The notes below the pieces were generated by a model. The model ran no database searches and had not been told where the DNA came from. It saw only the letters and a program-made list of their open reading frames with translations. Positions 44,405 through 59,400 of a DNA stretch of 64,000 nucleotides are shown here, piece after piece. Origin of the DNA: Bugula neritina (lineage: Eukaryota > Animalia > Bryozoa). Made by a program: the position numbers and the translations under genes. The stretch spans positions 13,196,642 through 13,260,641 of the forward strand of contig OZ037770.1 in assembly GCA_964035545.1 (NCBI GenBank), read 5' to 3'. Position 1 is the stretch's first letter. The number at the start of each line of letters is the position of its first letter.

Positions 44405-47400
44405 TTATTAATACAACTCAGAAAAGATAAAATATTCACCATTGCCTACAAAGTAAAGATATGCATTCTATATTTTAAAAGAAGTGTAATTACTATACCT
44501 GATATTGATAATATCGCTCAGTTTATCAAAACACTGGAAAGTATAAAGTTAAGTTACCGCCTTTTAGCTGTTTTGTAATGGAAAGCTAATAGTATTATGA
44601 GGCCAACGTACTTCCACCGACTATTATATAGACCGCTATTGTAGCGTAATGATACGGTTCAATGACTTTATTATAGCCTGAGAACATGATGCAACAAACA
44701 CTTGACTTACCGAGTGGATTTGGCAACTACCCAACTAATGTAACGCAATATAGTTTGTGTTCCTATTTCCGATTGAGACGGAATATACGTAGCTGGTTGG
44801 AATGCAATAAAGAGACCATCAACTTATTTATTGCTACGGTAACTGGGCAGAGCAATTACGAGCTAGCGCAGACGTCTTGATAGTTATTTTATTCTCAATT
44901 AATTACGTAAACAGCTGTTTAATATTGTTTGATGACATGTCCTTTGGGTTAGTGCGTTTGTCACTAAAACCTGCAGCAGCAAAACTTGTGTCAGTAAAAA
45001 ACCCAATTTGAAAATGCATAGGTATGATTTGTGAATCGTGAATGTAAGCTTTTTATTTTAGTCTCATTTAAATTTCTAGCACATGCATTAGATTGAAAAT
45101 ATGAGCCTTAATTTATTCAGAAATCATTAGATCCGCTACTGTAACTCAAGCAGTTGCTTAAAATGATAATTGCTAGATACATAAATAGATATAGGGAGGG
45201 TGTGGGAGGGAGGCTGTACGTTGTTAATTGGTATTAATTTCAGTAATCAATTAGATGATGAAATAGGACCTGCGTAATTATCTTTTCCCAAGGTTTGAGT
45301 AAATCCGGTTTCTAGCGACAAACATGGCTTCTAGGAGCAGGCATTAGGTAACAAACAAGGGGAAATAAATCAGCCTAAGAATGAATATGGACTGAACAAC
45401 TTTTTAAGCTTATGGTAAACCTATTAACTAAAGCCTAAAAATTTTGACATTGTCTCTTTATAGGCAAATTGCAGGCATAGATGGCCTTGAATGACATTGA
45501 AATACTCAGGAAATGCACTGTTTAGTCAAGAAAGTGGAAAGTTTTTGAGTAAATTATGTTGGCATGTCATTTATATCAGATTTACTGCAGTGCTGCCAGC
45601 TTCCATGGCCAAAGCTCACTATCCCAGTGTCTTCATTTCATTTATTGTAAGATTGCTTAGTTGTCATAGCAACAGCTATAATCAAACTCTGCTGCAACAG
45701 GCCCAGTGGTGGAATAATTAGTAAAATGTAGTAGATTTACGTCACTACGGTGGTTTCTCTCTGGGGCGTAGATACAATCTTTTACTATGTTTAGCATTAT
45801 AACACGGTGAGAAAGTGCCATTAAATTGCTTTTATGAACTTCAAACTAAATTTTGTGGGGGCTTAATGGTTTACAAAGTAACGTGAGACAAATTATGACA
45901 ATTGCGTATTACCATACGTAGAGCTACATATTCTAGTGCTGGGAACAAACTACTGATCAGCTGGTATACTGTGAGATTTTCTAACTTTTTGACATTTTTT
46001 CTTGTAGGTCAACTATAGAATTTTCTCATACAAAGTTGAGAGAGTCTCTAGTATGTAAACAGAATAGAAGTATATGCAGTAAGTTAAATACTTGATGGAT
46101 TTAAGGATTTCCTTATAAGTTATTAAGAACATGACCAATCAAAGCTCACAGCTTATAATTGCGTTGAGTTCTAAATTATTACGTAATTGTATTAAGTAGG
46201 CTTCAAAATGGCACGTTTTGGCAAACGTTCAAGTCATGGCAGCTCCGTTGCTGCCTGGTGGTCTTGAGGGTCAGCATGTGATTCGCAAGTTTAAATAACA
46301 TTATATCAATAGCTGCTATTCCGTTACCTTTTGTTTTTAGCTTGTTTATAAATATTATTCTTAGATCGTTTGATTGAAATATATAACATTCCGAGATTGT
46401 TATACTTCTCTTATGAAACTCACTGAACTTCACATTCAATTTCGAATTTAATTTGGCAACCTTCCAAGATATAGAACAGGCAGCAGAAATATCAATTCTC
46501 AAGGCAGCTAATTGCATGCGTTATGTAAGAGTTCGAGCTAAACATATTCCACGCATCTGTGTAATTTAATTAATTATTGCATGGAGCAATCTTAGGCATC
46601 ATGAGACTCCCTTGGCAGCCTGCCAACTTTCATCACGCTCAGTTCATTCATCCCACTACCTTTTATTAATACAAATCTATGCTACAGAAACAAAACTTAT
46701 GGAAATGTTTTGTTGCATGGAAAACTGACAGCTCCAACAAAAGATTACTATGGAAAAATCCACGACTCTATTCCAGTTGACGATTGATAATAGTGGAATA
46801 TACTATTGTCTTTCTCAACAAAACTGCAAGCAATTGAAATAGTGAATTTAAATATTTAAACTATGTCAACATCTTTGCTACTTTTATGTATTATAGATTA
46901 TCACTGCTGATGTGACTTGGTGCATGTATGAACGTTTTTCACAATTGGAAATGCATCATAGTTATGATTTGTCTGATTGGTACAGACTGGTTAGTGATGC
47001 ACAAGTTGATCATGCTAGTTGATTGTAGGAGAAATCATTATAAAATCTATCCGTATGACTGTTACTATTAATAGCTTAGGGGAAAGAAATCCCCTTAATA
47101 ATGAGATGACACATTAAGACTTTATCATATAAAGTGTATCATCGTTTTAGGATGAAGATATTAGGATATAATAAATCATAAAAGTTGTGCTTTATGTGTA
47201 GTATCAAAGATTACACTTCATCTAGGCTACAAAATATATCATAAAATGCTTACCTTCAAGTATAATACTTCTGTGCTGGTATAAGTTAGTGAACTGGTGT
47301 AATTTAAACTATCAGAATACTGATAGCTTGTCCGCAGTAGTTCCAAGGTTTTAGAATTACACAACTGTAATTCACTCCTGTACTGTTCTGTCTATTTGCT

Positions 47401-49484
47401 TTACTCCAACAGCTAATTCTTTGTAATTAAACAGCAGCCGTTGCTAGACACAACTCTTCATTTGGACTGCTGCCAAGGCTGTATGTTCCGGTACATTAAT
47501 CAATTATATGCTTCTTAACAGACATCGTAGCCTTAGGCCTTCATTTACATGCCTTTTCTATGGATATTTACTAGTTGTGGTTGGGGGAGTATAGAATCTC
47601 AGTCTAGGAAAGGAATGCGTTTTATTTACCTAACAATGCAACTGTACTGTGATTGGAGTAGCCTATTGTTTCTTAACAATGCTTAAGCCATGATTCGTGG
47701 AGCTCATTTCTTAATGATTTATTAATAGACCACAATTCACGTCAATGATATTGATCCCTGATAATCCTAATATGGCAGCTACAATACACTGCGACCTTTA
47801 CTGCTAAATGTTCTTTAAGCAATAAACTTTTGTTGATAATAATGTATAAAATTTGAAAGAAAGGAGAAATATGTGTTAGAATTTTCTGATTGTTGTATTA
47901 AAAAAGCAAATTAAATCACAACACAATAATGATTTGAATTTTGAAATCTAATTTAGATCTAAATGAAACTGTCTACTAAACTCATCTTTATGTCTAGTCA
48001 GTTAGTCAACTTTGACATCTTTCAATTTTTTTTAATTGTTTGGCAGACAACTGTTGACATAAGCTCTGTGATTCCAGGGTAAGGGGTATGAAAACAATAT
48101 ATCCACTCTATCAACAACTCATTAGTTACTGCCTGCAAGAGCTATGTTTAGACTACAGGCTGTCTACTAGAACATAGTAACTGGTCATCTCTGTAGTGGT
48201 TGACCGGTCATTTGGGGACACACGAATTTTATCAACAGTTCATTATGAAATAATAGTGATTGTCTAGAAAATGATGATACCAGGAATAATATAACATCAA
48301 TGCAATGCTGTTAATCATTGATGACCTCAAGGATATGTATTGCTTACATAGTAGAGGTACAGTGAGTGTAGATGCTATCAATTGTTTTGACTGGCCATAG
48401 CAACGGCAAACTTAACAAATAATGTCAGGACAGAAAAAACTACAAAACTCAAAACAATTTGACAGACAGTTAGAGTAAAACAAAAAGTTTTCTGGCATCT
48501 GAATGATTGAATAATGCCAAAACATAAAAATAAAGTTTGCTGTTTTATACGTTAATGTCTAGCAACGGTCAAATAGCTGAAAATTTGAATTTTAAATTTA
48601 CTTGAGATTTGATGGACAGCTTCCTGCATATAGTGTGACTGAAAACAAGTTTGATGAGAGGAAAGTGTTATCTGCAAAGAGATTTAAAACTGCTACTTTA
48701 GAAATATGTTTGTAATTCATTAAGCAAAGTTTCTTTATGTAACCTAGAGTTAAGATGCACACTCTGTCATGCTCAAGTCACTTTGCATAACATAAAAGTT
48801 GAAGATTGGAAAAAGTCAGTAATTTTGGAAAATTTAGACTGCCAGGTAAGGTAGGTAAGTTACTAGAGAAATGTGAACAAACCTTTATTTTAGCAAAGTG
48901 TAGTAAAAACAGGTTACATTAGCCCAGGGTCACAGACTAAAATTCATACAAGGAAAATTAAAGAACTGGGACTATTGAAAGTTCCTTGTTGCTGCACTTA
49001 CAAAAAATGTTCACATCTGTTGAGCAAAGCAGTTGCTGAATTATTTAACTCAGTTTGACTATGTTTTGCCGCTACGCAAATATTACATTGTACAGTGACA
49101 CTCTGTTGAGGCCAGCTAGGTGTGTCGAATATTAAAATTATGTCACATTATGAGAATAATGTTTACATGATATCTGCTATATTTAGTTGCCCGATGAAAC
49201 TAGTGATCCATAACTGAAGTTAGAGATTACCATTAGCCTGATGTGTGAATGATGGATTGTCGTTAGCTTTTCTATTCTCTTGGTTGAACTCCGTTTCAAC
49301 TTTCACAGAATTACTGAATTTTTGTCTGAATGTTTTTAAAAAAAATAATTTTTGCTTTTTTGTCTAAAAGTTGCCAGAATTGCAAGTTTGACTTTCGATC
49401 GACTCAGCCAAGCACCAGCTGCGGAAATGGAAACTTTCTGCATAAAAGTACAGCCGCCTCGTGTCTATCAACCATGTGCAGAGA

Positions 49485-49863
<379 letters not shown>

Positions 49864-52110
49864 GTGCTGGTTATAGGTCATGTTGGAACTGCAAGTGCAA
49901 TTTTTTAGGGCTTTGCATGTCAAACTAGTAATTAGTATTCTTATCCCATTGAAATACGAAAAAAAGGAAGTAATCATATTGACTGACGTCAGCCAATGAA
50001 AGGCACTGTAACTGATTGTCCTTAATGATAGCACAGGGAAGTACAAATGACTGTAACCAAAGGAATGATGCTACGGTTACAATGGGTTACAATGATGAGT
50101 CATTGGATTAATTCAATTATTCATTTGATGTGAGATTATGTCACTCAGTACCTGCTGCACTCGGCACACATAGTTCTAGGGCTTTATACAACTTGGGTTC
50201 AGTGAAGATTGTCTCCCCATGAAAGTACTAAAAGTAGGTCTAGTCTTTGAGTTACAGCAGAAACTCAGTTGGCTACACTAAAACCATCTCTTCAATCACA
50301 GCTGCCTCATTGATAAAATTCTCTACTGTTAGAGTTTATTTGCTTAGCTTGAGAATCGAGAACAGTAGGCGTTTATATGTTTTGTATGTAAATATGTAGG
50401 AACAGTAAAAGGCTATTGTGTTGTGGGTTTGAGAAGCACTTACTTAGATGCAAGTACCTAACAACCCAACCCATCGTGTAGTATGTTAATGAGTTGTGGC
50501 TAGTATTTACAACTGCCATAGCAATATCGATCACATTGTATTAATAAAGATTACAGCCGAAGGCCAGTTTACTATGCTTGTTGTATATTATTGCGTACAA
50601 TGCCATATATGAATGGAAATTTTCCACTGCTGCATTAACTTATAGTACTAACATAAGAATCTCATTTAACCACAGTAAATACGAGATGATGACCTTGTTG
50701 ATTATTGAAAAGAAATTAGAATTCTCGGAATAAATGTTTTAGCTTGAAAACCCGAACCAATCCTTGTATTATGATAAGACTCTTGTAGCCAAACTTCTTT
50801 AAATAGAAACTTTAAAGGGGGTAATATCAACGCCTCAAACTTCCATTAGCAGCAAATGAAACTTGTGGAGCTTGTGCTTCATGTTTCTGAAATAGCTGAT
50901 AGCTTGCTTGCTATTGCATGGCTATCAAATTTCTACGCTGGAATTAAGGCTATGTAAAGAAGCTGCAGCTTTAGTACAGTTTTACAATGAGATTTTGTGA
51001 GATTTTCCATCAATACTTGTGGTGAACACCACTATAAAATAAATAAAAAACTTCTCTATATGCCCAAAGCTGGATTTATGGGCTTATATGAGAGATTTCG
51101 AAGGCACTTTAAACATTTCATTGAAGAGCTACAACTTGTACTAAGGAACTTTCTCAGGTGGGATAACTCCTGGAAGAGAATTTGAAGAAGGCGTGGCCTG
51201 TGACATGGCAATATTCTCACTTTATAACTATAAAAGCAGCTTCAGTGAATTATCTTAACATACATGACACTTATAATGGTACTGCTGACTCTAACAGTTG
51301 AGAAAGTAGCTAAACCTTGCAAACTAAAATATAATATATTATATTATATAATATATAATCTAAAGTATTTAAAATGTAATCTATAATCAAAATGATTAGA
51401 TTTATACAATACAATATAATATCATGGTATAATATGCATAGGTAGAATAAGCAGTGCAACGTATAGTAGTAATACGTAATATAATATACGGCGGTAAAAT
51501 GCAATGTAATATGCAATATATAGTATATAATTTAATAGTTTTGTTATATAGCTTACTATATAATATGTATAGCATAGTAATATTTAAACAGCTTATAATT
51601 ATACGCTGAGTGTCACTAAAACTATCATTAACTTATTTGCCGTTTAATTCTAATTATCCTTAAAGTGTGCTGAGCAAAGCAGGAGTTATATAGCTGTAAC
51701 ATATTAATTATATGCAGTTATACTACATGCATGTTAATTATGCCTTCATTATGTAAATACCACATACCACAAATACCTTTACATTCTCAGACGCAAAGCT
51801 GGTCTATCTCATAGCATCTTCTGGCCATATAGTAGGTTATTGCATAGATAGCCTGAGGTTTCTGCTGCTGCTATGTGGTATTTATAGGGTCATGGTAGCA
51901 CATAGCCACCGAAATAATAACATTGATGATTAGGAAATGTGGTAATTACTAATTAGTAGAAGTACACAGATTGAATGAGGAAAAGTAACCTTTAGTAGGA
52001 GCACATTGACTTTGTTGATAGACCTGTTCATTTCAGATGATATGTAATATAATATCATATATACATTGAACTATAGTTTCAGTTCAGTATATATATATTA
52101 CTATTATTAT

Positions 52111-52114
<4 letters not shown>

Positions 52115-52186
<72 letters not shown>
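52115..52186. repeat. (TA)n microsatellite
   Basis: Directly visible. Confidence 0.95.
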
Positions 52187-52191
<5 letters not shown>

Positions 52192-53299
52192 TGGTAAATA
52201 AGAAAAGCAGTAGCAGGAAGCTCCATGTGTAATGAGACATTGTTACTTATCCTTTATTCAAACTATCAATTGTTATACATATGTTTATTATAAGGATTAT
52301 ATCTTTACACTCCCAGCCCTTAATTCATACACTTAACACCCCAATAGTGTTGCGTAACTATATTCACACAGTAAGCTAAGTAGCACAAGTTCACAAACTT
52401 AAGAAGCTGACATATAGATGGGGGGGGGGTTGGAGTGCCAGTGTACTAGAGAGGGAGGTATGGCTACACATGCAGCGGAATATCACAGAGATGCTCTCAT
52501 GCCACTCTGTGGGTGTTTGGATAAGATAGCTGTAGAAACTAGAAAGTAGATCAATGTAGTATGTAAGGCAAAACTTTTTAAGATAAAGCAGAGAAAGTAT
52601 AGACAAAAAAAGTACGCTAAAAACAAAAACTTATAGACAAAAAGATGTTGAGAACAAAGAGCAACGGAGCAAAAAGCACCAATATTACATAATGCAGTAT
52701 AATTCTTTGGGCTGATTAGCACGTTGCTAGAGAAGCAAATGCGAACCACATTTACCACAGATGGAGTCTATATTATGTTGGTTGTGACTGAATTTTCCTT
52801 AACTTACATCATTGCAATATCTTGAGCATGTAAACCACTTGGTTAGCTTTGCTCAGATTATCTAAAATATTTCAGTTGACATTTGAGAAGCTGCTTAGGT
52901 CAACAGGTATCTAAGCAACACAATAAAACTCTTCATTTTATTGAATATTCAAATTCACAGCTGTTACTTTTACTAGCAGTTAACAGCTTTTATAGCAGCT
53001 AAATTCGTCACGGCATGAAATATTTCTTTCTCCCAGCTTTAGCGCTTTTTCTTTGATAAATTCTCACAAATTCTAACTTCTAAACTTTACTTGTGAGTAA
53101 TTTGTTTTGAAAATTAAATTCATGCAGTTCGTAAATGAAAATTTATTAATTTAATTCTTCATAATTGTAGCTATAATGTCTGAGTGAATGCCAAACTTTT
53201 GAATGGCAGCCAGATTCCAAAATAGAAAGTGCCAAGTTGGATATATTAGCTTAGGTTAGATTTTTTTTATTATATACTTACATCTCTTCCTTAGTTAAT

Positions 53300-53522
53300 G
53301 TGCATATATACTATACTTACTCATGTAGATATACTATACTTACTGTATCTATAGTGTGTATATATATTATATACTTACTCTAGCTAGTGCTTGTAGATAT
53401 ACTATATACTTACTCTAGCTATATAGTGTAGATATACTATACTTACTCTAGCTATAGTGTAGGTATACTACACTTACTATAGCTATATAGTGTATATATA
53501 CTATACTTACTATAGCTATTGT
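53300..53522. repeat. ~32-bp degenerate minisatellite (TATACTATACTTACTCTAGCTATAGTGTAGA)
   Basis: About 6 diverged copies. Confidence 0.8.
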
Positions 53523-55799
53523 TTAGGTCATAGCAGTAATTTAGCTGCTAGTGTTAAAAGGAAAGCCATGTAGGCACACGTGGTGCAGAGATTTGCTCTA
53601 CATAATACTGAACCAAAAACGTTTGATTTGTATTTGCCTTCCCCTTGTAATTGGATTGCGTTCTGCATCCACCACTTGACTTGAAGCTCTAACATTTTTT
53701 ATTCTATACCCTCCAATGTGTAAAACAATCTGTCTGATCAATATTTAATGCTGTGAAATGTCTTTTTTTAGCAATTTTGCCGTTTGATATTGCAAAATGC
53801 ATAATTGAACCTAAAGCCTTATCATGACATAAACAATTCAACAGGGAAGGTGTCAAAAGCCCTTCAAATTTGACAAATGTGAAGCCTTAACTCTATCAAA
53901 TAATTTTCAGTCACTTTTCTGCTCCAGCATTATAATAAGTTCTTTATTAATTTATAATTATCTATTTTTAATCAAGGTTAAAGACAGGAGCAGGGCTGAT
54001 GAAATCTGGTTGATTGTGGAAGTTGCCCTCAAATAGTTTATACATGCGTTCTATTCCCAGACTATCAGCTCTCATGTGTGTAAGGGTTGTTTCCATACCA
54101 ACTCTAACTTATAGCAAAAATCGTTAGGCAACTTTTTGCTAAATAATTAAACATGTCTGCCAGAATGTTTTGCAATAACTCTCATAAATTATTTAGCAAT
54201 ATTTCCTGTTGATGGAATATGTTGATTGAAATATGGTAATTTTAATTTCAATGTTGTGTTACCCTTGTTACTGGTTGAAATATGCTAGGTTAGTTAGCCT
54301 GAGCTCTCAAGTGTCGAGAGAGAGGGGGTAGGAGGGTCTCCCCGTATGCAAGGTCAGTGCAGCCGTAGAAAGATATATGCTTCAAGGCCCCAGGTGTGTT
54401 TAAACCACAGTTCCCTGAATTTCTTACTCATAATGGGATAAATTTAGATTTTCAATAACATGTTGTTAGAAAAATGTTAATAATTGAAGAGATTTGACAT
54501 GTATTACACTGAATCATGAGAATAGAATTCTAGTATCTGGTACTGAGAGAAAGCAAGGAACCTCCAGTGGCCAGGTCACATGACTCATGAGTTCAAGGTC
54601 ATTATTTTCCATAGTCAAGTTAATCTTTCTTTTTGACAGAAGTTCTTACTGGCTGATTTGTGGTAGAGAGAGGAATGAGAATGATCAGCCTAAAGCATTT
54701 CAGTCTTTTGTTTCCACATGCTAATAATATGTGATTGGCAAAAAATTACAAATTATATATAAACTGGAAACAAAAAATTTCAAGTGACAGCCATAATAAG
54801 TGGCTGTATATGGAAAGATAGTAAAATATTTAGTAGTAATTATCAATGCAGCCTATTTTTGCATTCTACAATGTTGAAAACAAAAAACTGAAAAAAGTTA
54901 TGATTTTAATACAGACCAAACAAGAATGATGTTCAGCTAATTATATTAAGATTTTAGTATTTACAATCAAATATTGTGCCTCAACACAGAACAGTAATAA
55001 GATATAAAAAGAAGGGTCTATCAGAACTAAAAACTGTGAAATCAAATATAAAAAAATAAAAATAAATTACAAAACTGGTGTCAAATAAAAATAAAAAGTA
55101 TCGCACTTTATGTTTTAGTATTTTTTTATAGGCTGTTGTAATAAAATATATTCCATAAAAAAGAAACAGGTAATTGTGGTATTTCATAAACTACAGAATA
55201 TAGTAACTTGAATTGTTTTAACTGTGCTGTATTAAAATAATTAGTGATATCTATAATTTCTACTAGTAAAATTGAAAGATAAAAAATTAATTTGAAATAA
55301 AACAATACTCTTGTATAAATATATATGGGGAGAAAAACAAAAATATAATGAATTAATAGGCATCAATGCTGGTACATGATTTAAAAACTAGATTATGTGT
55401 TATAATTTGCTGTTTATTTCTTAGAAATCACAGAACAGGTTTGCCAAAAAATAAATAATACCAAATAAAAACAGAATAAATGGAGGAAAGTTGGAACGAA
55501 TCCTAAACACAGCTTCTCATGTTAACATGATGTCTAGAATATAGATGCCATAAGTCAACTGATTTCAGATACTCCTAGTGTTAGAGGTCAGGAATCCTTC
55601 AAATCACGAATATTAGAGCAAGGTGAAGGCCATACAGTCTGTAAAATCTCAACTTCCCGCCTCCCATAACTGCAATATAAAGAACCCATGCTTAGTTTCC
55701 ATAGCAATAAGGTTAGACTACGGAGCTTTTCGAAAATAACAAGAATAAAAGACAGATCTTCAAACCATCCCCAATCTCTCCACATCTTAATGCAAGTTC

Positions 55800-55995
55800 A
55801 TAGCCACTATCCCTGTGAGAAACCCTGATGGAAAGGGTTCTTGTCAAAGCGGGCTAAGGACTTACTCATATGTGGCACAGGAGTAATTATGACTGGATGC
55901 TCTTCCTAACATCACCAATGGCCTTTACTGGGGTTCGAAACCATGACTTTGTGTTTACTAAGCCAAATGATCTAACCCCCTAGACCACGGCTGCA
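55800..55995 (-). mobile_element. tRNA-derived SINE family B
   Basis: The reverse complement carries A-box- and B-box-like motifs and aligns with 56712-56907 over ~190 bp. Confidence 0.88.
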
Positions 55996-56407
55996 GCCTC
56001 TCTCCCTATCTTAACATCTCAAGTGTTTTTAAAACTTTTAATGGAATGTTTTGGTTGGGATGTTATTACAGAGAATTTGACACAAGTACATTTATCAGCG
56101 AGTACAGCCAGTTTGCTGGCATTAGAGGTACTTGTATGCATCAAGAGGTCGTAAAACTGTAGCTTGTCCAAAATACTTATGCAAGTCTATTATGATGTTG
56201 ATTGGCTGACATTTTTTCCACAACACTTCCAGAAAGCTCTGTTGAATCACAGATGTTACCAGAGTGCATTATGATTTGTTCAGTGAGCCAACATGTAACT
56301 CACATATACAATGTTACAACACGCTGTAGAAGTCCTTGTGTGCTGTATGATGATAGAGTGCTGCAACAGTTAACTAAAGTTCACAATAACTTTCGGCATT
56401 CACTTCC

Positions 56408-59400
56408 TCAAAACATCTCTTCTATAGAATCATTCCACTAACACAAAAGGTTAAACCACCTGCTATGAGCTGTCCAGGCTACTAAGGCAGTCATGGAAAG
56501 AGGTCTAAATGAAAAGGGGAGTTTGTGGCACGTGACAGTTTGAAAACATTTGCTGAGACTGTTGAATTTAAATGACCAGCAATTTCGCTTTGAGTTGAGT
56601 TATAAACTGGTATTAAGTTTCAAGTTTGTAGGAGGTAAGTAAGTGCTCCACATTTGTATCTTTCACTTTCCAGCCAGTACAGAGTCATGTACAGAAAAAC
56701 ATTATGGTGGGGAGCAGCCGTGGTTTAGTGGTTAGAGCACTGGCTTAGTAAACACAAGGTCATGGGTTTGAATCCCAGTAAAGGTCATTGGTGATGTTAG
56801 GAAGAGCATCCAGTCATAATTTCTCCTGTGCTCATCTTAATAAGTCTTTAGCCTGCTTTAAAAAAACCCTTTCTATCAGGTGTTCTCACGGGGATAGTGA
56901 CTGTAAGTATAGAAAGGTTATGGTGTGTCGTACAGTGATATCCTGCTCTGTGTAGAGTCTATATATCTGCAGAGATATATATCCCTGATAGAGACCAGCA
57001 GTATTGTGTACCAGTATATAATATACATAGAGGTATTGCTCAATGTTTATCAACCCACTGAATGTGATTCACACAGTTCTGGTGGTAGCCGTACACCTTA
57101 CCACAGCCTTCTCACCTGTCATAAACACATCCAAATGTCTGGTATACGAGTGAGCAAGAGTTTACTGCAGTTTTGTATCACAGATGGAGTTACTTACCTT
57201 TTTCTTCTCCAGTAGTGAATTCTTCTCAGTGTCCTGCCTCCTCCTATCTATCGAATCCTACAGTAACATCATATGAACAGCAAAATGGGTTACAAATTCT
57301 TATACTGTGACATTTAATTTACTTTGGCCATAGCTTTAGGAGCAGTAGTGAAGAAATTGAGATAGCCTAAGTTCTTTTTTATTATTAAATTTTAGTTTGG
57401 GGCACAGATTAAAATTATTGCGAGAACATAACTTCTTTTGCTACATTTGTAATATAGAACACAGGCTTTTCTCAATCTCTCTATTACTGCACCTACCCCC
57501 AAATCACGAGATATTCACAGTGTTGTAATAGAAAGAAAAGAAAACACTAAAACTAGAATTATAAAGAAACAACAGGCCTATGTGATTATATTCAATTAAT
57601 TCTTCAATATTTAAAGCCAGATTGTGGTATTATACTTCCTTGAGATGAAGGATTAAAGTGAAAGTGAAAAACAAGACAGAAAGGTGAAGTGAAAACTGCA
57701 GACACACAGTGAGTGTTGATAGACAGAAAAGAGTTGTTAGCTTTAGAGAATAGATGTGGCACACTACACACATTGGAAGGGTGGGTGAAACACCCCCCCC
57801 CTCTTACTAACACACACTCAACAGTTGCAAACCCTAACCTGTTACTTTAGCTGGTTCAAGTTCCTAAAATTTATAAATAGGAGATAAAATTTAAAACAAT
57901 CACACAGTAAAGTACACATTCTTTCAACACAACTATCTAAGTCTCTGTTTTGTTCATTCATTCAACAAAAACACACCATGCAAAGCGCTTCAATGTAAAG
58001 GTGGTCAACTTGAGATAAAATTCTTTTACATTATGGCTAATTCCTATATTTTCAAGTCCCAAAAGTAGCCTCTTTATTTACACATACCCCCCCCCCCATA
58101 ACAGCAACAGAATAAAAAGCAGACGTTAAAAGTTATCTCCCCCAACCTTTCCACGATCACATTCAATGTTTAGGCATGAAAATCGATTCTAGATTACGTC
58201 ACAAATTCCTTTTAGTAAATATAATGCATAAAACACAGGATAAACTGTTAAACACGCCTCATTCAGATACTGGAGTATCATAGTGGACTACTGAAGCCTC
58301 TGTTTTCACATTCTCTTTGTTTTTTCCACGATTAGAAACACTACACAAGATATTCAAATTACTAAACCAATACTAGCTGTTCACATTGTATTTGATAGTA
58401 TTAATCAATTTGTGGGAATCATAATATACAGTTGAGTGACAGCCGTGTTTAAATTTAAATGTTCTACTCTGTTCTACACAAAGTGCCAATATTTAAATTA
58501 AACTAGTTTAATGAAGTCAATTCTAGCTGTTCTGGCAACAGTAGGATCATTGTGCTGCAATATTTAGCAACAAAAAATTGTTTACTGATAAATTGTATCC
58601 ACATCTAGGGTTGTTTGCTGCTGAATTGTTTATATGGTTTACATACAAATGATTGGACAGCTGCCACCACCATAGCTGCAATAGCAGCTACTAAATATTT
58701 ATATCATTAATAATACAGATGCCAGTTAGAAAACAATTGCCGCCAGTTGGACTCCCAGATGTAATGGTAATTTAGATCCTTCCAAGCTAAAGAGTTTGAT
58801 ACGAGAGACAATTAGTGCAAGATTAGTGCAGGCTATTGAGATAATGTTTTTGTTATTAGTTGACATTTCCTTAGATGATATCTGTTAAGTGTCCATTAAC
58901 TGAGTCAAGGTAGCCCGAGAACTAACACAACAAAGAGTAGAAAGGATGGGACGTGAAGTATTGTCACAAACTGAAGTTGAGATCTCAAGCTAAATCCAGG
59001 TTATATCACATGATCGCTGGCTTGGCTCCAGCGTGTCATACTTGTGTGGGACTGGCGTTGGCTAGAGACAAGCATACGGACGAGGAAATACAAGAGAGTA
59101 CATGGGAAACTCTGTACTCCAGCAACAGAGAGCTTATCACAACCCCATTAGCTATCACTCTAGCCAAGCCATTGCAAAAAACTTTATAGCTATGACGCCT
59201 CAAGTTATAAAGAATGTCACGTCCACTCAAAGAAAATGCCACAAACTGATATGAAGATGGAAGATTCCGAATTTAAGGAAAACTTGAAAACTATTTAAAG
59301 TGAATGTTAGAGAAAAACTTAGCAACCATGAGAGTCAAGGAGGTTCCGCTCAAAGAAAGCATCAATATCAAACGAAATACAAGCCATGAAAGGTTATGCT

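Noticed and set aside
58258-58340. Possible alternative terminal exon of the - strand gene (VSNRGKNKENVK...SE*)
   Set aside because: Its acceptor phase does not match the phase-0 donor at 60267; the 57257 exon fits instead.
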